The notes under the pieces: generated by a model
Seen by the model: the letters and a program-made list of their open reading frames with translations, nothing else
Databases searched by the model: none
What the model was told of the DNA's origin: nothing
In this document: one piece after another, positions 53,501-64,000 of the stretch
How positions within the stretch are numbered: the stretch's first letter is position 1
Layout: every line of letters begins with the position of its first letter
Made by a program: the position numbers and the translations under genes
NCBI GenBank assembly: GCA_951406725.2
Contig: OX597822.1
Coordinates: 71,424,001-71,488,000 of the forward strand
Reading direction: 5' to 3'
DNA length: 64,000 nt
From: Octopus vulgaris
Lineage: Eukaryota

Positions 53501-54343
53501 TAGCAGAATTGCCCGGCGTTGCTCGGGGCTGAATTGCTTGAAAGTACTGTTAATGATTGCACTGAATTATGATGATTATTCAGGCAAATATTGATATAAG
53601 TTTACGGTGGGAGATAAGGACTTAACGATCAAACGTGTGCCATTGCATTGTTTTGGGGGAACCAAATTTCTGATGAGCATTATAGGGGCACCAACTTTAA
53701 GTTTGAGAAAGTGTGGTGGTAGTCCGGGGTGCTCAAAGGAATTGAGTACCTCTATTGGATAGTTGATGACGTCCTCTGGGTCAGGAGTTGTATCGATAGA
53801 CTGATATACATAGACTTCCCCAGGAATGAGTTTTAGCATTTCATCATTAATATGGTGAACAGTTTTATTCCTCGGGGCCAGTATAGCCTTTTTGCCAATC
53901 CAATCCATATTCTGATAATTAGCTTGTAGATCTGGGAACACTGCATCTCTGAGATCAGGAGGCGTCTTAACAATGGTACAAATGGAATCGATGGCAATAT
54001 TATCATTTTCATCCCCTGGTATTTTGCCTTCGCCAAGTGCAAGGAGGGTGTGAGGAAATGCTGCTGATGTGATATTACGTCGCATATGAGCACACATATT
54101 GGTGTGAAGTTTGAGAGTTACTTCCCTTTATTAAAAAAATATGCCTTAAAATGGAAAAAAATGATGGTAAATTATTTGTAAAATCGTAGACTCATCGTAG
54201 ACGTGCGCTAATACCCAGAAGGGCTCGATATGAATCACGACTATAAGATACCCGGTTTTGGTTAAACTGCATCGCAAAATGTGGGAGTAGTTAGGAATCT
54301 AAATCGGAGTAGACAGACACACAACCTTTCTTTTATATATAAA
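53500..54343 (-). mobile_element. Helitron family B copy carrying a PIF1-type helicase fragment
   Basis: ORF 53576-54097: LLALGEG...AILAPRN..V..IN...LKLKVGAPIMLIRNL...CNGTRLIV; same 5' 200 bp and 3' hairpin-CTAG as 52455-53091. Confidence 0.92.
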
Positions 54344-54862
54344 TATTTTCGTCCTAAAAAACTTTGTATGGATTGAATGGTTACCTCTATGGAAATATAT
54401 ACACGCACATTATACATACATGTGTGTATAGATGAATATATAAATACATTTAAATATCTATATACACTTTTGGGCGATCTTTCTGTTTCTTAGAGATAAC
54501 TTAGATCTTATTTTCGTCCTAAAAAACTTTGTATGGAGTGAATGGTTACCTCTATGGAAATATATACACGCACGTTATACATACATGTGTGCATAGATGA
54601 ATATATAAATACATTTATATATCTATATACACTTTTGGGCGATCTTTGTGCTACTTAGAGATAACTTTAGATCTTATTTTCGTCCTAAAAAACTTTGTGC
54701 GGAGTGAATGGTTACGTCTATGGAAATATATACACACACATTATACATACATCTGTGTATAGATGAATATATAAATACATTTAAATATCTATATACACTT
54801 TTGGGCGATCTTTCTGCTACTTGGATATACTTTAGGTCTTATATTCGTCCTAAAAAACTTTC
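54344..54862. repeat. 165-166-bp tandem repeat, three units plus a partial
   Basis: GTCCTAAAAAACTTT at 54351, 54516, 54682 and 54847. Confidence 0.92.
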
Positions 54863-54927
54863 CTGTCTATAAGAGACAAAGGGAGGCAGATAAAATCTGC
54901 CTTTTATAATAAGAGATATAAATATAT

Positions 54928-54976
<49 letters not shown>

Positions 54977-54977
54977 C

Positions 54978-55008
<31 letters not shown>

Positions 55009-55332
55009 ATATGTATGGGTACAGGACATCACCAACAGTAAACAACATGAAATACGAAAACAAATAAGTTAAATATGCAAATAATGAGAGAGAGAAAATG
55101 GAAAACCAGACATGTAATAGAAAGAATACAAAGAATGACCCTTCATCAGTTGTCGGCTGTCTATCTACTCCCCATTTCGAGCAATCAACGACAATATGAG
55201 TCTTCGAAGACAGTTACTCCCATAAATACCAAAATAAAATTTGGGATTTAGGGAGGGTCAAAGTTAGCAGAAAAAAACAGAATAGTGGAGACATATAGGG
55301 AAACCGAACGAAAACATGGAGAGTCGATAGAC

Positions 55333-55391
<59 letters not shown>

Positions 55392-55554
55392 TATTGAAAT
55401 GGATAAATGAATTATCTTGTTACGGATTATTCAAAATTTAACCGATACCTGGGTAGCAAAAATCACAACAGAAAAAACGGAATTCTGTAGAATCTTTGTT
55501 CAGCTCCATTTCTTCCCTTCACTAAATATATATATATATATATATATGCTTGTG

Positions 55555-55888
55555 TGAAAGTGCATGGCTCAGTGGTTAGGGCATTGAACTTACAACCTTG
55601 GGGTTGTGAGTTCAAATACTGGACAGGGCTGTGTGTTGTGTTCTTGAGCAAGACACTTTATTTCACGTTACTCCAGTTCACTCAGCTGTAGAAATGAGAT
55701 GTGATGTCACTGGTTCCAAGGTGCATTGGCCTTTGCCTTTCTCTTGGATAACATTGGTGGCATGGAGAGGGGAGGCTGGTATGCATGGGTGACTGCTGGC
55801 CTTCCATAAACAACCTTGCCCAGACTTGTGCCTGAGAGGGTAACTTTCTAGGTGCAACCCGTGGTCATTCATGACTGAAGGGGGTTTT
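55555..55888 (+). mobile_element. SINE family 4
   Basis: Aligns with 48591-48897. Confidence 0.85.
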
Positions 55889-57867
55889 CGATATATACTT
55901 GTGTACTATCTTCAAGCGACCATATTCATAACAGTGAGGTACTATCCTCATTGAAATACAGTTTAGATGGTCAGGTCATCTCTCACATATGAGTGATATC
56001 AAAATTCCAAAGCAATTTATCTTTAGACAAGTTCCAGCTGCAAAGTCAGTTGGAAGGCCACTCTTGTACTTCAAAAACAAAGTAAAAGCAATCTGAAATG
56101 ATGCAACATTCTCTTTTCGTCCTGAGAAAGCACACTTTCAGAATACAGGACCTGGCACCAGTCCTGCTTCTCCTCAGTCCAAAGATTTGAGTAAAGTTGA
56201 CTCCAGCATTGGGACTAACTTCATGCAAGCATGAAAGTAATCTCAGTACCTAAGCAGGCACTAGTGTCACAAATAGCCAGTGGGCTTGTTAAAAAATAAT
56301 TCAGAACAACAGAAGCAGTATTAATAACAAAAGGTAATATTTATCCCCTTTTAAAAGTGGGTGCTGTGTTAGAACTCAGAATACTGTGATAGATACTGTG
56401 AAAAAAACCTATCACAAACTTTTGTGCATATAATGACTCTCCTTTATATTGCTTAGTGCCACCACTTGAGCTACCATATCATATGGTTTCAGTCTTCCTT
56501 GGCCTTGTCAATGGTAGACACTGAAAGCTAGCTCTGTGTAAAAAAAGCACCTACGTTGCACCACGTAAAAGCACCCAGTACAGTCTAGAAAAGTGGCTGA
56601 CATTAGGATGGGTATCTAGCCATAGAAACCATGGCAAAATACACAACTGGAACCTGGTGCAACCCTCTGGCTTGCCAGTTCCTGTCAAATTATCCATCCC
56701 ATACCTGCCTGGAAAATAGACTTTAAGCAATGATATATAGAGTTAGATAGTCAGATAGGTAGATAGATAGATAGATAGATAAATAGAAATGTGTATATAC
56801 ATACATATGAATGAACCAGGCTTCCACATAGTTTCCATCTGCCAAATTCACTCACAAGGCATTGGTCAACAACGGGCTATAATAGAAGTTACTTGTCCAA
56901 ATTGCTGTGCTTTGAAACTGAACCTGAAACCACATGGTTGTGAAACAAGCTTCTTACCCACACAGCCATGTTTGCACTAATAGTTAAAGTTTTAAAAAAA
57001 TGATAAATTAAGATTCTAGTCCTGGTAATATAAGAGAAATAACAATGAAAATAACTCGTATATATCAAAAGATATTTAATTTTGTTATGAAGAATGTGTT
57101 GATCATAACAGTTCCAAACAGATGCTAAATTACAAAAATGTATCCAAGCAGAAGAAACCAGCCAAATAAAGAACGAAATGTTGAGATTAAACAAGTGCAT
57201 TAGAAGTGTGATAGACACGGATTCTGAACAAAAAAAAAACAAAAAACAAAAAAAAACATTTAAGTTCTTGAAAGCAGTTCATAATCTGAAATTTTAATAT
57301 CTCAATGTTTTTTGTCATTAACTTGAGTTTTTAGTTGTCAGATATATTTATCTATTTTTTTTTGTTTTGGTTTGTTTGTGTTCTTGATAAATTTTTAAAT
57401 AAATAAATTATTTTAATAAATATGTTTTAACGTAAGTTTTTTTCTTTTCTTACATATTAATACCTAAGAATTATATACGTTTCTGTCTATATTCTTATAT
57501 GTATTATTGTACATGTATTTATCTGTTTGGATGCGTTCTATAAAATAAAAAAAAAAGAAATTAGATAAAGCCAGAAAGAAATTTTTACAAAAGTAAGGAT
57601 TTTATTTAAATTCTTCCATTTGTTTCTTAATTTCTTTTTTTTTTTCAACACTTCATTTCAATTTCTATTATTCTCCACGTCTTAATATCAATAGGAAGAG
57701 AAAGTTTGTATTTCTTAATGCCAGTTCAATATATTGTTTAAGCACCACTTAATAATGTGTTGGCATTCTGACTGGAGGCAGACAGTGAATTGACCTGTGA
57801 CACATTGACTGAATACATACATACGTATACATCCATCCATCCACACACACACACACACACACACATA

Positions 57868-57916
<49 letters not shown>

Positions 57917-57939
57917 ATATACATATACATTTATATATA

Positions 57940-59537
57940 ACAGGAAGCTTTACGAAAATAAACAAAAGACGGAGGCAGGTGGAGTACAAACTAACAATTG
58001 TATTAGTATGGTGCTCAGGAATGGAAATAAAACAAGTCTTTTACGTTTCGAGCCTATGCTCTTCAACAGAAAGATACACAGAAAAGAAACACGGAGAGAA
58101 ACAAGGAGAGAAAAAAAATGCATGCAGGAGCTAACGAATCAACATGGCGGTTTGATTTCGGCCAGAAGTCAGAGATCAGACGTTAGACACAAGAGGGAAA
58201 GTAGGGGAGATAACAGGGTTAAATGACCTCGCCCCAACATAAGGGTGTGTGTGTGTATGAGAGAGTATGTATGTGCGTATGAAAGGTCTGGACGTGTGTA
58301 TGTATGTATGATGTGATGTGTAATGTATGGTGTAGTGTAGTGTCGTATGGTGTAGTGTAGTGTAGTGTAGTGTGGTGGGAGGTGGGGAAAGCCCATGTGG
58401 GGTGTGGGTTCGGCTGGGGGTTGGGGTAGAGTGGGGGTTGTGGGGAGAGTGAAAGGAGGAGAGAAGAGGGAGGGAGGAGTGGAGGAGGGAAGAGAGATGA
58501 GGTGGAGGGGAGAGAGGAGATGAGGGGGGGGAGGGAGAGGGGAGAGATGAGATGAGGGGGAGAGGAGACAGAGGGAAGAGAGGGGGAAGAAGGAAGGAGA
58601 GGAGAGGGGAGGGTGAAGGTGAGAGGGGGAGAAGGCAGGAGAGGAGAAGAGGGGGGATGGGAAAGGAGGGAGTGGAGGAAGGGGAGGGAAGGGCAGTGAG
58701 GGAGCAGAGAGAAAGAGAGAAGGGGAAGAGGGAAGAAGAAAGAGGAAAGAAGAGGAGGGAAAGAGAGTGGGGTGAAAAGATGAAGGACTGAAGAGAAGTA
58801 GGAGTCGGGGGGGAAGGTTAGATGATAGGGGGGAGGTTAGATGAGAAGGGGTGAGAGTTGATACCAAATGGCGTGAAGGAGCGAAGAGAGAAGATTAATT
58901 CCTGTTCACGGCGCAAACAGGAATCCGGATGGCCTCTGTGCAAGGACAATCCGAACACAGACAGGTGTTGCAAGGAGTGACTGGTGGAGCGGAAATGGTG
59001 TGAGACCGGTGTGTCGTTGGCAAGGCGGATGTCACGGAGGTGTTCCGCGAACCGGTCAGCCAAGCGGCGTCCCGTTTGTCTGATGTACAGGGAATGGCAG
59101 AGAGAGCAGGAGATGCAATAGATGATATTGCTGGAGGTGCAGGTGAAGGAGTTGATGATGCGATAGGGTCGATGATGGGTGCTAGTGAGGAGGGTCGTGT
59201 TGGAGAGGTAAGGGCAAGTGCGGCAACGTGGGCGGGAGCAGGGGAACGAGCCAGGTTGGGAGGTAGGGTCAGGGAAGGAGCTGTGGACTAAGAGGTCACG
59301 TAGGTTATGGGCTTGTTTGAAGGAGGGGAGGGGTCAGTTAGGGAAGAGGTTTGAAGTGGACGGGTCGGACTGGAGATACTGGAAAGCTCAAAGAATGGTG
59401 CGTTGGAGAGGTAGGGTCGTGGGGTGGTAAGTGAGGGGAAAAGGGAGGCGGGAGACTACAGGGCGGGTTCGGGAGGAGAGAGCAGATGCACGGTTTACGG
59501 AACGTGCTCTGGCATGGGTGGTGTGGATAGTGGTGAG
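57940..59537 (-). mobile_element. Penelope-like element (Neptune-like): RT C-terminus, Cys linker, GIY-YIG endonuclease, long pyrimidine-rich UTR, terminal repeat
   Basis: PFPLTYHP...NLRDLLVHS...GSFPCSRPRCRTC...FTCTSSNIIYCISCSLCHSLYIRQTGRRLADRFAEH...PVSHHF...RREQELIF.L....PFGIN; two in-frame stops. Confidence 0.93.
58037..58074 (-). ncRNA. Minimal type I hammerhead ribozyme motif (variant core)
   Basis: UCUUU-CUGUUGA-A-GAGC AUAG GCUC-GAAAC-GUA-AAAGA: stem I, stem II and palindromic ACGU stem III all present. Confidence 0.7.
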
Positions 59538-59871
59538 GAGGGCTGTGTGGTAAGTAGCTTGTTTCTCAACCACATGGTTCTGGGTTCAATCCCATTGTGT
59601 GGCACCTTGGGCAAGTGTTTTCTACTATAGTCTCAGGTTAACCAAAGCCTTGTGAGTGGATTTGGTAGACAGAAACTGAAAGAAGTTCGTTGTATATGTG
59701 TATGTGTGTGTGTGTGTGCATGTGTGTATTTGTGTGCCTATGCCTGTCTCCCCACCATCAGTTCACAAGTGATATTAATGTGTTTACATCACCGTAACTT
59801 AGTGGTTCAGCAAAACTGACCAATAGAATAAGTACTAGGCTTACCAAGAATAAGTCCCGGGGTTGATTTGT

Positions 59872-59873
<2 letters not shown>
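59535..59873 (+). mobile_element. SINE family 1
   Basis: Head, core and partial tail; truncates the Penelope-like element. Confidence 0.88.
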
Positions 59874-59909
<36 letters not shown>

Positions 59910-59915
<6 letters not shown>

Positions 59916-60205
59916 AATCACGTGACCAACCAGTCCATCAGATGTAGTTACACATCGCTGGTCACATTGTTTTAGCCTTCGAATTACGCCACCCCGCTGG
60001 CTAAGCTAGCAGGCTAACAGAAGAAAGAGTGGGAGAAAGAGTGGTGAAAGGGTACAGCAGGGATCACCACCCCCTGCTGGAGCCTCATGGAGCTTTTAGG
60101 TGTTTTCGCTCAATAAACACTCACAACGCCCGGTCTGGGAATCGAAACTGCAATCCTACGACCGCGAGTCCGCTGCCCTAACCACTGAGCCATTGCGCCT
60201 CCTCA
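59910..60205 (-). mobile_element. tRNA-SINE family 5, full length, within (TA)n
   Basis: GGAGGCGCAATGGCTCAGTGGTTAGGGC...GTTTCGATTCCC head; CACGTGATTACGTG tail. Confidence 0.85.
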
Positions 60206-60224
60206 CATATATATATATATTTGT

Positions 60225-61180
60225 ACATATTAAATGTTTGGGCTAAATTTGACATTTTTTATGCCTTTTTCTTTTTAGGAACAGCTTGATGTATTGGTGA
60301 ACAATAAATGGTGCTGAAGAGCATAAAGATTAGAGCTGTAGTTGAAAAAGTTAGCTGACATGGAAGATTGGAAGCCATCTGAATATTGGAAAAGAGTTCC
60401 CTGCATCACAATGATTCGTGTTTGGTATTAAATGATGGCATCATGACTGCTGCTGAATGCTCTATGAACACTGTAAAAGCTGTAAGGTGTGACATGAACA
60501 TCATGAAAACCAAGTTCCATCAAACTCCTCCAGTGAGGTTGATGTCATGCTGCCTCTTTTCCTTTGAACAGGGCCTTAAGCTCAAATCAAACGGCTGTGA
60601 AGCTGCTGGAAACTGTAGTCAAATCCAGGTTGAAGAGGATTGCTGCTGGAAGGCCACATATGTGGCAACAGAATTTGACTCCTTCTCGTACCTCTAGAAA
60701 TAATCAAAAGTGGTTGTCAGAGAATTTTTGCGATTTCACCAGCCCCAAATTCTGGGCCCCTAATTCCCCAATTGTAATGCCATGGTTTACTAAGTGCAGG
60801 GTATGTCTGAGAAAGACACCAGCCACTTGGCTTGCAACACCAAGGCCAAACTGGGCTTCATGGAGAGAAAAGTGGCTGAGTTCCTTTTGAGCAATGAGCC
60901 TCACAGAGGTAAAGCGACTGAGTTCCTTTTGAGCGCTGGGTCTTATGAAGGCAAAGTGGCTGAGTTCTTTTTGAGCAATGGGCCTCACAGAGGCAATGAC
61001 CAAGACCTTTGGCATTATGTCATGCTTGAGAAGAAGACCCATCAAGCCAAGTAAAATCGCAGTCATGATATATCATGATAGGACACAATGAGGAATTCAG
61101 TATCAGGGGTTCTGGAGCTGTCTTGATGCTGAGTTGGAAGCTGAGGGTGGATACCTTGAGTAAGCTGTTATCTCCCAGTT
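60225..61180 (+). mobile_element. Decayed maT/DD37D transposase with internal 3 x 42-bp repeat
   Basis: AAGRPHMWQQN..P...QKWLSENFCDFTSPKFWAPNSP...CNTKAKL...EAEGGYLE; repeat at 60869-60994. Confidence 0.78.
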
Positions 61181-61204
61181 ATAATCCACTTTTCTTTTCT
61201 TTTT

Positions 61205-61424
61205 CTTTTATTCTTTTACTTGTTTCAGTCATCTGACATTGGCCATGCTGGAGCACCACCTTTAGTCAAACAAGTTGACCCCAGGACTTATTCTTTGTAA
61301 GCCTAGTACTTATTCTATTGGTCTCTTTTACGAGGACTTAAACACACCAACATTGGTTGTTAAGCAATGGTGATGGGGACAAACACAGACACACAAATAC
61401 ATACATATACATACGGAAACTGAA

Positions 61425-61469
<45 letters not shown>

Positions 61470-61856
61470 TGTATATGTTTGTATGCCTGTGTTTGTCCAC
61501 CCAACATCACTTGACAACTGATGTTGGTGTGTTTACATCCCTGCCACTTAGCAGTTCAGCAAGAGAGACCAATAGAATAAGTACTAGGCTTACAAAGAAT
61601 AAGTCCTGGGGTTGATTTGCTCGACTAAAGATGGTGCTCCAGCATGGCCACAGTCAAATGACTGAAACCAATAAAAGAAATAAAATATATATACGATGGG
61701 CTTCTTTCAGTTTCTGTCTACCAAATCCACTCACAAAGCTTTGGTTGGCCTGAGGATGTAGTAGAAGACACTCACCCAAAGTGCCATGCTGTGGTACTGA
61801 ACCCGGACCCATGTGGTTGGGAAGCAAGCTTCTTACCACACAGCCATGCCTGCACC
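61205..61856. mobile_element. SINE family 1 (minus) with a plus-strand family 1 copy nested in its central microsatellite
   Basis: Minus tail 61205-61410, plus tail 61415-61685, minus head 61688-61856. Confidence 0.85.
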
Positions 61857-61969
61857 TTGATATATTTGATTTTTAAAAATACTCTTATTTTTGGATGGCA
61901 TAGTATGTTTTCTTTGCCTTTTATGCAAACTGTCAAACGTAATCCAAACACTCTATACACACAGACATA

Positions 61970-62340
61970 CATTATCAGGATAAGAAAAAGGAAATACGAA
62001 CTGAGTTGATTATACTGAGAGCGATGGATATAAAAAAAAAAATTGGAGGAGCTTAGGAATTAAAACAGTCACCAAGTACACAACTAGCCAGATTTTGAAT
62101 GTATGGAACCGTAAGAAAAATATACGCTCTGTTATGGAAATCAGTTGATATTGGATGTTATTGTGGCCAGAAAAATACAGGAGAAAGAGGAAATTTCAGT
62201 TTCATACCTATAATCATAGAAGCCACAGGATATCTACCAACCCAATCTGCAAGTCCTTCTTAAGATTTAAAGGCTGATGGACAAAACAAGATGCTTTCCT
62301 TCACAAACTTGCTACTAAGCTGGTGGCTGGTCAGAAATTA
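61970..62340 (+). mobile_element. Decayed RLE-endonuclease LINE remnant (CRE/R2-like)
   Basis: IKTVTKY, HN.PD, LDVIVARKIQEKEE and FIPIIIEATGYLP remnants. Confidence 0.55.
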
Positions 62341-62410
62341 ACCCTAAATTAAAACAAAAAGAAAACATACATATATTCATAAGTACATATATAAATTTGT
62401 TTATACACAC

Positions 62411-62467
<57 letters not shown>

Positions 62468-63390
62468 CCCATTTTTTCTTTCTTTTTTCTTTTCTTTTTT
62501 CTTTTTTTTTATTCCTTTCTACGATCCCTTTTGATCAAAAACCTACCCCACTTATTTTTTTCTCCCCAAAAAGAAAAGCTCTACTTTGTAATTTGTCCCG
62601 TCTATGTTCAACCCTGAATTGCTAATAAAGAAACATATCTATCTACCTACCTATCCATCCATCCATCCATCCGTGTTCCATGCTAGCAAGGGCGGGATGG
62701 TACCACAAGAGCCGGCCAGGCCGAAGCCTGCATTGGACTTCTGTGACTGTTTTGGCTGGAGTTTTACATGTGTATACAATCTTCGGTGAATGTACATCGG
62801 TGAAAAATATAGACGTTAACAAACTGACCAAAAATCCAGTGCTTTATGAATAAATTTCCTTCAAATATTTGTTCTGCAGCTATAAAACTGTAAACTACTT
62901 ATTGGCTTATTAGAAACTAACCAATGATGGTTTTGTTAGCAAATTGCTGTATAAAAATTTAAAAAAAAAGCAATGAAGACATACTCTCTCCCTTTCTCCC
63001 TGTCTTTCTCTGCAATCACACACTCAAATACATATACAGATAACAATACACGCATTTCCCTACATGGAGATTATAAAAACAGCTGGTTATTTGATATATT
63101 TAGCCAGGATCATTGGGTTGAGAACTTTTAGATCAGGTCATTTCTCATCCATGCTTTTATCCTGCAGACATTGATGTATAGAATGTGTAGATGTTCAGGC
63201 AGACATAGGCTACATCAGTCACAACCATATGGAGAGGAGCTGCACAGGTAATGGATACTGCTCCTCAGCTCTTCATTAACAAAACGAATTACTGATATGA
63301 TACATTTGACAGGCTTGTGCACAGCTTCCATTTACCACATTCCACTTGCAATGTATGGATCAACCGAAAATTATAAAACCTGATGTATGC

Positions 63391-63629
63391 CCAAGATTCC
63401 ACTCAGTGGGATTAAACCAAGTAGAACAACTGATGTGCTGATGATTCTTATGAAGGCAGAAACATGTTTTCACTGCATAGCCACTTTTTGCTAAACAATC
63501 AAACCATCAAACCAAGATTCCACTCAGTGGGATTAAACCAAGTTGAACAACCAATGTGCTGATGATTCTTATGAAGGCAGAAACATGTTTTCACTGCATA
63601 GCCACTTTTTGCTAAACAATCAAACCATC
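63391..63629. repeat. 121-bp tandem duplication
   Basis: CCAAGATTCCACTCAGTGGG at 63391 and 63512; few mismatches. Confidence 0.92.
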
Positions 63630-63897
63630 CTTTCTTTAATGGCATATCAATTTTGTAGAAATCTTGATTCTTGAGATTAACTCCCCTTGTCATTTCGATT
63701 TAGTTTCAATTGCCAACAGGAAAATGGCTTAATTTCCTTGGAAGTACAACTAATTACAATAAATCAAGAATTTATTTTGTACAGTGTTTAATATAACTTT
63801 ATTCATATTTGCTGTTCAAATGCATGCGACTTGCTACAGTGAGTGATTTCTCGTATTTTATTTCCATATCAATGATAAATGTATGTGTGCTCATATG

Positions 63898-63945
<48 letters not shown>

Positions 63946-64000
63946 TATATATACACATAGAGCAAGAGAGAGAGGGAGAGAGATGGATACACACACATAC

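Noticed and set aside
53576-54097. Host PIF1 helicase gene
   Set aside because: Bounded by Helitron termini; fragment only
54344-54862. CRISPR-like array (also considered for 45397-46115 and 60869-60994)
   Set aside because: Whole units repeat with no unique spacers; eukaryotic context and no cas genes
58169-58867. 232-aa Pro/Ser/Leu-rich ORF
   Set aside because: Pyrimidine-rich low-complexity UTR of the Penelope-like element
60130-60205. tRNA genes at SINE heads (also 50745-50820 and 27237-27311)
   Set aside because: A and B boxes are present but there is no closed acceptor stem, and each continues into a SINE body
63168-63247. Possible 80-nt exon (CTGCAG|...CAG|GTAATG)
   Set aside because: Splice-like signals only; no recognisable peptide or partner exons

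Overview
AT-rich, microsatellite-saturated eukaryotic DNA. The tRNA-derived SINE families and (TA)n/(TACA)n/(CA)n density point to an octopus (coleoid cephalopod) genome, probably intronic or intergenic (inference). I found no convincing host protein-coding exon; almost all listed ORFs are translated microsatellites. The window holds many decayed elements: at least five tRNA-SINE families, mariner, maT, hAT, piggyBac and pogo-type DNA transposons and MITEs, a Helitron cluster (one copy with a PIF1 helicase fragment), and RTE, R4/Dong, CR1 and other LINE remnants. There are also several Penelope-like (GIY-YIG) remnants carrying hammerhead-ribozyme motifs. The most notable observations are: (1) a tRNA-headed SINE whose tail carries a hammerhead core, with a second partial copy and an in-window empty-site control; (2) an RTE LINE insertion with twin-priming 5' inversion geometry and a 14-bp TSD; (3) a full-length U6 snRNA copy split by a SINE with a 16-bp TSD; (4) a minimal dimer-type hammerhead with a variant core in a Neptune-like element; (5) a recurrent 5'-5' foldback mariner derivative. 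Family names come from motif recognition, not database searches, and boundaries of old repeats are approximate.
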